DNA of 64,000 bases. Source: Eledone cirrhosa. Its lineage: Eukaryota. Positions 26,330-40,055 of this stretch are shown here, piece after piece (the first letter of the stretch is position 1; each line of letters opens with the position of its first letter). The DNA is taken from assembly GCA_964016885.1 (NCBI GenBank), contig OZ024741.1:90520001-90584000 (forward strand), written 5' to 3'. The translations under genes and the position numbers were made by a program. The notes beneath the pieces are model-generated. The model worked only from the letters and a program-made list of their open reading frames with translations. It did not search any database and was not told the origin of the DNA.

Positions 26330-26667
26330 AATAATGATATATCTATTTCCCTCCAACTCATAACGACTCTGGTGGGAACTTAATAGGAGCAAAATAGAAG
26401 AAAATATAGCCCCGAAAGTACAAGAAGTGGAAGAGTTCTGAAGAAGATTATAGGTAGGAGGAGAAGAGAAATTGTCATGTCCAGAACTAGCAAGAACAAC
26501 GAATACAGCACCTGAACAATTGTAGGAATACATCACAACAGTTAATGTTTCTAGCCCACTAAAACAGCAAGCAACTGGAAGGCACCAAGACATGACGAAA
26601 TCCCCAACTTTTAATCAAAATATTTAACAGGGACACATAGAGCACTTGCTAGGGGCTGTAATGAAAC

Positions 26668-26738
<71 letters not shown>

Positions 26739-28710
26739 CCTAAAGAGAAAACCACCCTGATCCCCAAGAATAATGGCACAGCAAACCCCTAAAACTACAG
26801 ACCCATAACATGCCTATCTATAATATATAAAACTCTAATTGCAATAATATCGCAGAAACTAACCAAACACCTGAAAGGTTGCTGCAAAGGCTCATGTGGC
26901 TGTAAAGATCAGCTGCTAATTAATAAATCCATAACCAAAAACTGCAGAAAAAAAATCTCATCATGGAATGAATCGACTACCAAAAAGCATTTGACAGTGT
27001 TCCCTATATATGGATACTGAACACACTAGCCATGAATAGAGTAGCACCAATAAAATAATGAGAATGCCATAAGTAAGAGGCAAACAATTCTGCAAATAGA
27101 AACGAAGGATGAAACAAAACACTGAGCCCATCCCAATCAACAGAGGGATATTTCATGGGGTCCCTCCCCATCACCACTGCTCTTCTGCATATCACTAACA
27201 CCATTAACTAGGGTATAAATGCTAAAACAAGAAAATTAATCATCTCCTATATATGGATGATCTAATATTGTATGCTACAAACGAAAGACAACTCAACATA
27301 CAATACATTGGTTCAGAAAAGAAATAGGCTTGAAATTTGGACTAGAAAAATGCGCCAAGAGAGGAAAACACTGATATCATGCTAGAAAAAGAAACGGAGA
27401 TCAGAGAATTAGATGAAGCACTGACATACAAATACTTAGGAATCAAGGAATTGAAAGAAAAAGATTAGAAAGGAATACTACAGGCAGATTAAATTACTAC
27501 TTAAAACTGAACTAAATACAAAGAATAAGGTAATTAGCATCAATGCTCTAGCGATCCGAGTAGTAAGCTACAGTTTTAATATTCTTAACTGGACACTAAA
27601 AGAACTAGCTGAAATAGTTAGAAAAACAAGAAAAATATTGACTGCATTAGAATACACCATCCAAAATCAGATCTTGAAAAATTATTCCAATCACGAACAT
27701 TAGAATGAAGAGGCTAGACAACTAGAAAACTTTTATAAAATAACTACTGTAGGACTACAAAAATTTCTCATGAAGAACAGAGGAAAGTTAATAGAAATAG
27801 CTGAAAAACGTGAACATAACAAAAAATTCTAATTAGCCTTTAAGGAGGCCATTAATTTCAAACAAGAAATCAGATTAACAGATAGCTGTGAGGAAAATGA
27901 AAACAAACAAGAAACAACAATCATTGTGAAAAGCCTCCAGAATACCATGTTAAAAAGATGGCAAGAAAAACCTTTACATTGCCGATACCTGAAAAGCTGA
28001 ATAAAAAGGAAGTAGACAGGCCATGAAGCACTGGACTAAAAGCCAAGACGGAAGGACCAAAGCCTCTCCACCAGAAGTACATCATGAAGCAGAACATAGT
28101 AACTGCAGAATATATGGAGGTGGGGAAGAAACAATTAACCACATTATCTCTGGCTGTCCAGTCTTAACCCAAAAAGGAATACATCTACAGACATGATAGA
28201 GTAGAGACCTGCATGCACTGGAAATTGTCAACATTATGAAATACCAGCAGAGAAAAGAGGGTATAGACATACACTAGAAAAAGTATCAGAGAACGGCAAA
28301 GCAATCATTCTCTGGGATATACCAATACACACAAGCAGAGAGATCAAAGCCAACCGACCAGATACAAACAAATCTTTTAATTGATGTATCACTTCCCACA
28401 GAGGACAATATATCTACAAAGGAAATATATAAGTTCTAGAAACAGAAGCAACCCGAAAGTGAATTATGAAGACAGAAACAATACCTACAATTATTGGTGC
28501 TTCGAGAATGATAAAATATCACACAGATAGATTCATAACCAAAATCCTAGGACTTACAAATATATACAGCATACAGAAAATAGCACAACTATTACGAGGA
28601 GTACCTGCAATAGAATAGAACACCACCAAAAGCCACATTGCACATACCCAAGACGCACAGAACTGAGCTCGATAAAGCAGTGATAATGCACAGAATAATA
28701 ATGATGATCA
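26330..28710 (+). pseudogene. Heavily degenerate R4/Dong-clade LINE
   Basis: Remnants NYRPITCL, KAFDSVP, RGIF-G, HLLYMDDL, YKYLGI, HIISGCP, ILWDIPI...NRPD; ends in a (taa)n-like tail. Confidence 0.75.
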
Positions 28711-29049
28711 AGTAAAAAATAATAATTTCTATTATAGGCACAAAGCCAGCAATTTAGGGAGAGGGAAAGTCGATTAAATCGACCCCAGTGCATTACTGGT
28801 GCTTTATTTTATCGACCCTGTAAGGATGAAAGACAAAGCTAACCTCGGCGGGATTTAAACTCATTACGTAAAGGGCCGTAACTCTATGCTGCAAAGCATG
28901 GTGTCTGACGCCCTATCAATATTGCCGATCCACCATAATAATGATTTCTTTATTGATACACAGGGCTTACATTAAGAGGAGAATAGGTACGGTACAGGAC
29001 TGTACAATGTGGGGTTTTTGTGTGAGGGAAAGTTTTATAAAGATGACTA

Positions 29050-31900
29050 AAAGTTAACCATTTAAAACTTGGAGAAATCCCACAAAAAGCCATGGTAAAC
29101 TTCGCCTAGAAGAACATCTGCGAGAAGGCAAGTGCCTTCTCGCAGATGTTCTTTTCCAGCTTACAGGCATATACTCAGAGCAAGCCCATTCACTTAGGCC
29201 ATTATGAAGACAGAAACAATACCTACAATTATAGGAGCTCTGGAGGCATGTGACATCAATAAAATGAAGGAATTTATAAGATCTGAATACATAAGTAAGG
29301 AACATACTAAAATCGCTCTCACCCACATTTCAACAACTGTAACCATTCTCTGGAAAGCAGCATTTCCCTCTCCACTTCGATCTTTTTCTTCAGGTGAAAC
29401 CTGAAAAAGTTAATTAGGGCTTCGCCGTAGAGGAAAGTACTTGTATTCAAAACTTTCAAATGCACCCACCACACCACCTCTTTCGCCATGTCCACTAGGC
29501 AGATAAAAACTGCTTTTTCTTCTCCTCTAAAGGAAGCTCATGGGATGATCTTCACAATTGACTTACAATCTAAACTGAAAACAGACCTCCAGAATGCCTT
29601 GTTAAAACGATGGCAATGTGTTTGACGTAAACCCACAGGTCAGCTATACTCGGGCACTCAATGAGTGCTGGTTTTTGTCACCCTGCGCACATCTCAGACA
29701 GGCCCAGCTGACCTCACTTCCATTCCTGTAGAGATTATCTTGAGCTGACAAAGCTCCTCTGTAGCACTGTCATTCCAGGGATTTCAGGAAGTTATCCATG
29801 GGCCTTGGACTGAAAGTTCTCTGGAAAAGAATGAGCATCATAGTTTTTACCCGTCACTAAACCTATATAGAAAGTTAAGGTGAAGTAAAGGTGTGTAAGT
29901 GTAGTTTGATTTGCAAAATTTTGCCTGTTAGCTAACCACTCAAAGCCAATCAAGAATTTGTCTGCTGCTAGCATTAGTCGCGCCAAATATTTGGGATTAT
30001 TAAAAATTGCAAAGGTGACTTCCTATCGTCCTCACTCTTTTACTTTACTTCACTGTCTTCTTTTTTTCTTCTTATTTTTTATCTATATTATCTCCAGTAT
30101 ATCTCGGTCTGATTGCCTGGCCCTATACGTCTAGGATTAAGCTCTTTGTTTCTCTCTTCTGACCTACCTTTTTTGGCCACTATAATGACTTTTCATCTCG
30201 ACATCCTTTAATATTTTAGAATATTTTGTTCTGTAGTTCGACTTCTTCCAGTTTCCCAAACAATCTCTTTTGAAGAGTCGGGAAGTCCTGCTAGAACTAT
30301 TCTATTTTGCTCTCTTATCCCCTTTTTTGATGTCACTCCTGGCGTTAGTTCTTCAATCGTAGCATACATATACATATACATAGGTTTACAGACAAATATG
30401 TTGACGTTATACATATACAATAAAATGAGAAGCGGGTAAAAACGTAATACAATCCAAGAAACTCACTGAAAATTATTTTAAAATAATATAAGAAAAGGTA
30501 AGCAGAAAGAGGTGAGAACCACCATCTAGACAAACTAAGACAGTGTATCCCAGGCACTTGCTTTCCCCGATTAAAATTTTACTCGTACAGGTTTCGCCTC
30601 TTGGACTACATTTCATCAAATTTGCTTGGATGAAGCCTCTTCTTTTCCACCACCATTTCGGTTTCAAGTAGCAATTGCAAAGGTTGGCCGGAAAGTTCTG
30701 TTTTCAACTTCCAAATTGACGGAAGGGGAACTGCAAGATCCGTGGCTGATATCCGGATCCACCATATATACAATACCAGCAATACTCGGACACAGAATGA
30801 ATATGTGAACAGAATTGTCGTTAAACAAGTTTGATTGACAACAGTTTCATGCAGAAAATAGTGTTTTGTTTGAAAGCTACCACAATGTGAATTGGAAAGT
30901 AAATGTTAAAAATATGATAACAATGATGTTGGGGTGTTTACGTTGCAGTTCTTTATAGGTCCTTATATTTCGGGGTAACTTTAACTGATAACTCTCACTG
31001 GTAGCACTGCTTAGTCTCTCGGATGAATGTTCTTTGGAATAAGTTATATAGATAGTCTTTGTTGTCAGCCGTGTCATCCTGAAAACATCGTCACTCAAAG
31101 CGACATTTAATCAAGCTCGTATATAATGCTAGTTTGGATATCCCACCGACTGCATTGCCCAATTGACAGATGTGTGAGTCCTTGACAGCATTCTAGAAGC
31201 TAGTTCGGATGTCCCACCGACTGCATTGCCTAATTGACAGAGGTGTGAGTGCTTGACAGCATTCTAGAAACAAGCCTCCCATTCGTGAGCATTGCTTGAC
31301 TCAGAACTGCAGCTCCCCCAAAGCGACGAGCTGTGGGAAAGCATGCTTCACAAACGGTCAGAGAGTTGGGATTATCTGGAAAGATTTAAAATGCCCTTTT
31401 TTTCTTTCCTTCTAAGTGTTAATCCCAACCAACTCACACTTGCATTTAATATACAATTCCAGTTACTCACTAATATTAATCAGTTCGACTCGTACTCATG
31501 TCTAAGACCACGGACATGCCATTCAGGTTCTGAAAGATAATCCATATTTAGAGACCTAGGCCTTTTCTAAACTATACAGTAACCCCACACGTCTCGGGAC
31601 ATTCAAAGGAGATACGCAGTTTGTAGAAAACTGCGTGTGAAGCCTGTCAGAAATCTTAGTTTCACATACAGCTACTACATCTAAATCAAGTGACAGGTTG
31701 TTTAGCATGTGACCTTAAATCCATACACCCATTACAAAATTTAGGTGCTCTCCCGGATCCTGTTCTATTTTTTAAAACTACAATTGCAGCCGTAAGGATC
31801 GGCGTCCTTTGAAACAAGAACCTCACCCCGCATACATAATTCAACCGTTGTCCTCCTTCCGTAGCGTTTCGAGGAATCCATGTACTTTTTTCTTTCTCAA
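29050..31900 (-). pseudogene. Fragmented L1/Tx1-like LINE remnants with an interposed LINE 3' fragment (~30000-30330)
   Basis: Weak motifs on the minus strand (WKLKTEL at ~30700, GHMLNN zinc-knuckle-like at ~31700); no long ORF. Confidence 0.35.
31129..31268. repeat. Tandem duplication of a ~70-bp unit
   Basis: gctagtt(t/c)ggat(a/g)tcccaccgactgcattgcc...cttgacagcattctagaa occurs twice. Confidence 0.9.
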
Positions 31901-32739
31901 CAGCACAGTATGTTTTTTCTCTTTTATGTGTTTTATCAATTGCATATTATATTTGTGGACAGCTCTGTAGTTGATGGACCGCAAAGTAAGGTTCGCAAAA
32001 GATGTTGCTGTTTCTCTACAAACCTATGGCATAGCTGTTGCTAAAGCTGTTGTTTTCTTTCGTAAGTGACACCGACGTCAACCAAACTAGTGATATTGGG
32101 GCTATTATTTTTCTTCGCAATCTTTGTATTGTCTCATAAAATGTTTCTCAAATCATACATATTTCTTTAAAGAAAAACAACAAAAAACAATCAAATTCTA
32201 GTCCTTTTTAAAAATAGATTTTCTTTATTTGTACTTTTTTGTGAAGTGGATGTTCTGTTAAAATACCTCCGGGTACGCAAAACTGTGATCTTTGTTTTGA
32301 GATTCTTCTCCCATTATTATCAGCGAATACATTACGTTTTGAAAGTTAATAGCATTCCAGAAATTAAAGAAAGTCAAATAAAGCAGAAAAAAACGTCTTC
32401 CACCGCAAGCGGGAGAGAAAACACGAATTTAAACACAAATTTAGGTTTAAAACAGGAAAACAAAAACAGAAAACACCCATTTGAGTCAGTAATATAACTT
32501 AAGACCCACGAGCAGAAAAACAACAACAATAAAAGCAAAACGGATGCCATAATAATTATATTAATAATAGTTATTAATCATGTCTTTAATTGCTAAAAGC
32601 GTTGTAAAAACAAAAGTACAAGAGAGCGATATAGCACAACTTTATATCATCCCAAGTAATATAAGCAAGTATATAAAAACGAATATATGCGTACATACAA
32701 ACACATACATATATATTTCTACATATACATATATACATA

Positions 32740-32772
<33 letters not shown>

Positions 32773-32794
32773 GTAGATGTATATATGCGAATAC

Positions 32795-32834
<40 letters not shown>

Positions 32835-32840
<6 letters not shown>

Positions 32841-32885
32841 AATATTGGCACCTATGTCAGTAAACCACAAATCTACTGAATCACC

Positions 32886-32947
<62 letters not shown>

Positions 32948-32998
32948 GGTGATTCAGTAGATTTGTGGTTTACTGATATATGTGCCAATATTAGTACT
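32835..32998. repeat. ~57-bp inverted repeat centred on (TA)n
   Basis: 32835-32891 pairs with 32942-32998, two mismatches. Confidence 0.9.
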
Positions 32999-33156
32999 CT
33001 ATGCTGTAGCTGTGTGTATATATCAAGAGAACAAAACGAGGTTTCATATTGAGGTTTTTATTGATTAAGCTCAACGATGAACGTTTCACAGATTGGTAGC
33101 TCAAGATCCCTATTTGATGAGCAGATTGGAACTGAAGTCGGGTCTATAACACACAG

Positions 33157-33221
<65 letters not shown>

Positions 33222-33437
33222 AACACACACACATATATATATATATATACATACATACACACACACATATATATATATATCAGTATTCGGCTGCGCTTTC
33301 TAGCAACCAGCCTACTTGTCGTCAGGCACCAATCACAAGCTTTCTGACTTGACCACTGGCCATGGGACAATTCTTAGCCATTTTGAATTCGTTACTGGCG
33401 GGGATCATTTAAGAAAAATCTTTGTCCAATTGAGTTT

Positions 33438-33520
33438 GTTTCCTGATGATTTCGAAACTCGTGAATTTATCCATGATCGGATATTTCCAAAAAGCGAATG
33501 AAATCTCATGGGGTAGAAAC
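33438..33520 (+). ncRNA. Type-I hammerhead ribozyme, diverged homolog of 15391-15468
   Basis: gtttc-CTGATGA-tttcg...cgaat-GAAA-tctc-at-gggg-TA-gaaac; lies within a PLE-like unit at 33280-33945. Confidence 0.75.
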
Positions 33521-33999
33521 ATAATTTTGGTATGTTTACATTTTTTCTTCTAACTTTGATTTTGTACCTAATTATGTATGGTTGGCTATATGTCTGATCA
33601 ATTTCTACGGGCTGTTAGAAATACTGGGTAAATCTTCTGTGGCTGTTGATCGCGGATAACATAACTATCATTTATTTATCTATTGTTTCTTCATAGGTAC
33701 ATTTTTTTAACTTATAGCCTCGTTTAATTGATTTTTTGTGTGGTTAATTATGCTGATTGGGAGGAGAAATGCTGTATATATTTTATCAAATGATTCTATG
33801 GACTTACTTTCTTATATATTGCTCTGATTATTGATTATTTAATTAATTAATTCGTCATTGAGCCATACCGTGAATGGTTGCCAAAAACACATATATATAT
33901 CTATGGCTCTGTCTAGTTTATGTATATGTAAATCTATATATTTTATATATATATATATATAAGGAAAAAAGATGAAACCGAAAATGCAACTGGAGTCTT

Positions 34000-36700
34000 T
34001 TACGTACCATCACAAAACATACGGGTATGTTTTGTGATGGTACGTATACTTTCTCGTACGCAGGTATATTTGCTTGTATTTATTATATGTGTATATATTA
34101 TATTATATATACTGGTACTTTTGTATTTTGTGTTTGTGTGTGTATGCGTGTTTGCACGTATGTAAGGTGTGTATACATGTACTTTGTGCTTTGTGAACAT
34201 ATGTGTATTTACCTGTAGGTATGTGTGTGCGTGCGTTATATAGTATTTATGTGCATATATTTATATACGTTTATATAATTATATATGTGTGGATGCGTGT
34301 ATGTATATATCTAATTAGTGTTGATTTCAATAACCTATGTCATTTTCGTTCTACTAATTTATTTACATTATTCTTAACTTTGAAGCCAAGAATCATTCGG
34401 TTTCCTAAATAGAATATTAGTCTACGACTTCATTTATACCAGAAACGTGGTTTTGACTTTGCGTGTAATTAATTGTTCTCACCGCTCCACATAATCTATA
34501 TATTAATTTCAACAATGTCAGTATTCCGTGTGTCATAATTCTCGATTATCATTGGTTCATAGGTTTCAAACGACTCCGCCCACCTCAACGACGCCAAACT
34601 TAAATTAATACGCATAATGCCAATGAGGGAGTGAGAGGGGAGAGTAAGAAACAGAGAGGCAAAGAGAACGCTGTAACTATTACCATGCGTGCGTGTGTAT
34701 GTACGTGCGCGTATGTTTATGTGTGTGTGCGTGCGTGCAGCGTTCCACAGAAAGTAAAAACTATCAACATGTGTGAGTGTGTAAGTGTGTGTAAGTGCAC
34801 GGGTGCATGTCTAAGTTTGCGTGCGTGCGCGCGTTTCCATGCGTGTGTACGTGGGGCGTTCCACAATCGCCACGCAGTTTATCTGCTTGTGTGCCTGTCT
34901 GTCAGTCTAACATACACAGAGTTGTGAAGGGAGTAAATAGGGACCTTTTTTTACATTGACGGACATCTTTTATATTTATTATTGTGTCATATTTTGATAA
35001 TTGCTCGAAATGGATACTGATAATAAAATCAATTCGACTTTATCAAACAGTGAACTACAGCGGCGACGGCGTGCAGCCAGGAATGAAGATAAATGGGCCG
35101 AACAGCGCCATCGTAACGCCGAACTTCAGAGGCGAAGACGTGCCGCCATGAATGAAGAGGAGCTGGCTGAACAACGCCAACGAAACACTGGAGCTAAGCA
35201 GCGACAGCGTGCTGCGATGGTTGAAGACGAACTGGCTGAGCATCATCTTTTATATTAATTATCTATATCTATATCTACATATAATATAAAAGATTGGAAC
35301 TTCCATCATCCTTTTGAGAAACGTGGAACAACCACGTCTGTACAATGATACACGTTTTATAGTCAGACAGAAGATGAAACATCTAGCGGTCACTATTCTA
35401 GGTGGGAGCACTTAGAATTGTTCATATACTATGCACAAACGGTACAACGAAGAATCTGGTATATCTGGAAGATTTTTTTACTGTTTTATGTATCACACAG
35501 ACACCACGGACTCGCCTTATACTGTAACCAGACAAACATCCAATACAGTCATTTTCTCTTTTACCTGTCTTCTCTTATCATCTGTTTACCCGGGCGAAGC
35601 TGGGTACGTCAGCTAGTCTATATATTAATTTCAACAATGTCATTATTCCGTGTGTCATAATTCTCGGTTATCATTGGTTCATAGGTTTCAAACGACTCCG
35701 CCCACCTCAACGACGCCAAACTTAAATTAATATGCATAATGCCAAATGAGGGAGTGAGAGGGGAGAGAGAGGCAAAGTGAAGACTATGTATATGTGTCAG
35801 TGTAGAGACATGTGTGTGTGTGATGTGTGTGGAAATAAGAGGAAAGGAAAGCAATAACTATTAACATGTGTGCGTGTGGATGTACGTGCGCGTATGTTTA
35901 TGTGTGTGTGCGTGCGTGCAGCTTTCCACAGAAAGTAAAAACTATCAACATGTGTGAGTGTTTGCGTGCGTGTGCGCGTTTCCATGCGTGTATGTGTGTA
36001 TACGTGCGGCATCCCACAATCGCCACGCAGTTTATCTGTCTGTGTGCCTGTCTGTCAGTCTAACATACACAGAGTTGTGAAGGGAGTAAATAGGGACCTT
36101 TTTTTACATCGACGGACATCTTTTATATTAATTATCTATATCTATATCTACATATAATATAAAAGATTGGAACTTCCATCATCCTTTTGAGAAACGTGGA
36201 ACAACCACGTCTATGCAATGATACACGTTTTATAATCAGGCAGAAGATGAACCATCTCCTAGAGGTCACTATTCTAGGTGGGAGCACCTAGAATTGTTCA
36301 TATACTATGCACAAACGGTACAACGAAGAATCTGGTATATCTGAAAGATTTTTTAAACTGTTTTTTGTATCACACAGACACCACGGACTCGCCTCATACT
36401 GTAACCAGACAAACATCCAATACAGTCATTTTCTCTTTTACCTGTCTTCTCTTATCATCTGTTTACCCTGGCGAAACTGGGTACGTCAGCTAGTGACTTA
36501 TTATCTTCACTTTTTTCCGTTGAATGCCAGGGAACGTCTTCACAAACCAAAGTATCGTCTCCCTGTTTTCCTTCGGTTGCAACGTTTTTCGAGATATTTA
36601 CTTCTGCGTTCACAGATTGATTCTTTTAGTTTCAAAAGATCCCGTCAAGGGTGAAAGCAGCGATTATTTGGTTAAACTTTAATCTGTTATTTTAGTAAAT
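34000..36700 (+). mobile_element. PLE 3' UTR/pLTR fragment (family of 8420-9377) split by a tandem Helitron; decayed HHR at 36628-36678
   Basis: 34000-34493 and 36494-36700 rejoin as ...gctccacata|tgacttattatc..., as in the reverse complement of 11825-11850; HHR core is CAAAAGA (G5 lost). Confidence 0.8.
34495..36493 (+). mobile_element. Head-to-tail tandem of two non-autonomous Helitrons (34495-35616, 35617-36493)
   Basis: Each copy starts TCTATATATT and ends with hairpin accc(g/t)ggcgaa(g/a)ctgggt plus acgtcagCTAG; inserted between A and T, no TSD. Confidence 0.88.
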
Positions 36701-37330
36701 ATATATATATATATATATATGATGGCTGCACGATATAACATTATTAATAATTATTAATTAATTATACCGTGCAATGCCTGTGAGTGAAGATATTTTTTAA
36801 AGTGAGGAAAGACCGTGCACTGAGCTAATCCCACTCTCTGAGCGACAGTAGCTATAACCCGAAAAGAAGAAAAGATCAACATCATCGGTAACTATGAGCC
36901 GCAGGTTTTATATCAGAGTTATCCCAGTTTCCTGAGTTGCCTTCTCCTAGAAGAATGCCCTGACAAAGGCTAGGGGTCCTTCACTCCAATATGTATGTAT
37001 ACATACATACATATATATATACACATACATATATATAATTACATATATATACACACACATATATATATATTTATATACACATATATACATATACATACAC
37101 ACACATATATATATATATATATATACATATATACATATGCATTTATATACATATATATATACGCATATATATATATATATATACGCATATACTCCTACTT
37201 CTCCAACTTCTCCAACCCATGCATATCTTTCTCTCTCTCTCCCTCTCCCCTACTTTTCTCTCTTCCTTTTCTACTCTATCTTCCCCAACAACCCCACTTA
37301 AGGGTATTTACATTGTACATTTTACCATTC

Positions 37331-37442
37331 TGCTCTGAGGAAACAGTGGTCACAGCATTGGATATTTGAGTTCTGCAAGTACTTGTGAATTTGCACATAG
37401 CATAACTAGGCTGTAGTACCACCGTGGAAACACTTGTAAGCA
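37331..37442 (+). ncRNA. Type-I hammerhead ribozyme with long stem II (partly decayed)
   Basis: tgct-CTGAGGA-aacagtggt...accaccgtg-GAAA-cacttg-TA-agca; followed by (TA)n. Confidence 0.7.
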
Positions 37443-37489
37443 CACGGAATAAATTACCTTTTTATGATGTCTACCTGTTATTATTGATT

Positions 37490-37580
<91 letters not shown>

Positions 37581-37784
37581 CGTATATATATACATACATA
37601 TGTATGTATACATACATATATACATACATATATATATACGTATATATATACATACATATATACATACATGATGATGGCTGCCCCCTCGTTATCGAGTATG
37701 GCCATTGCACGAGGAGTAAAACAAATAATAATAATAAATAAATAAAAAATAAAATAAAATAAGAAAAAAGAAATATATATATAT

Positions 37785-39197
<1,413 letters not shown>

Positions 39198-39776
39198 TTG
39201 CTGCACTGGGCCGTTGCTGGCCCGGGATGGAAACCTTTATTGTTTATTTCGTGGTAGTCTCTTTAGTATTTTGGCCCCTTTTGTTGACCCGTCACCGTAT
39301 CATTTACGTACTTATACCTCTTAAAAGGGTCCATGCCTATTCCGTCCCACCTAGTTCTTTTACTTATTTCGTTATTTCTTTCTTTATTTTTTTCTTTACT
39401 TCTTTCTTTCTTTCTTTATTTTATTCTAGCCTAACAATAGCCTGAGACCTAGGTCGTAGAATTTAATTTACTTTACTTTTTTCTTTACACTTATTTGCTT
39501 TTCTTCACTCTCAGTATTTTTTCTTTCCTATATATTTCTACCCCTTCTACCCCCCATTGTTCTACCTACCGTTCCGACTTCCTCCCCCTCCCCCTCCCCT
39601 GTATCTTCTTTGACCTCATGCCCAGCTGTAGCTGGCACTACCAACGCTTGATTGGGTCTACTCCACCCCCGCCCCTCTTTCTCCTACTGGCAGGTTTAGC
39701 CACCATCTCCCCTACTAATTTGCAACCACAGAATTACTACTGATTTTTGACAATCACTTTGACCATATATGGAATT

Positions 39777-39870
39777 ACCCCTTGAGAAGATCGGCTATTT
39801 AAATACCAGGATAAATTTTCATTTAGTCCAGAATTAGCCGTCGAAACGGCTTGAGCTCAGCTGTCGGGGT
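39777..39870 (+). ncRNA. Type-I hammerhead ribozyme with U3:A8 core in the 5' pLTR
   Basis: acccc-TTGAGAA-ga(t)cggcta...tagccgtc-GAAA-cggc-ttgagctca-gctg-TC-ggggt; GUC cut predicted after 39865. Confidence 0.82.
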
Positions 39871-40055
39871 CTTACTGGTTCCTATTACCCACTCTACTAC
39901 CTCAAGTATTGAGTACTTTGGTGCGTTATGGTCCACCTGGTTCCTTACCACATTTCCTTCGTTATCTAGCTCCTACTCCCGTAGTAGAGCACTTTCTGAC
40001 CCTACCACGCCGTATCCAGACTTTTCCGCTAAGCTCAATTCATTTCACCCGCACC

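Noticed and set aside
33062-33130. Hammerhead halves on opposite strands (ttgatga-gcagattgg on plus; ccaatctgt-GAAA on minus)
   Set aside because: Cannot form a ribozyme in one transcript; the inversion explanation cannot be tested from this window
39909-40055. TTG-initiated 49-aa N-terminal extension of the PLE ORF
   Set aside because: Bacterial-style start call; the first ATG with good Kozak context is 40056, although a spliced start cannot be excluded
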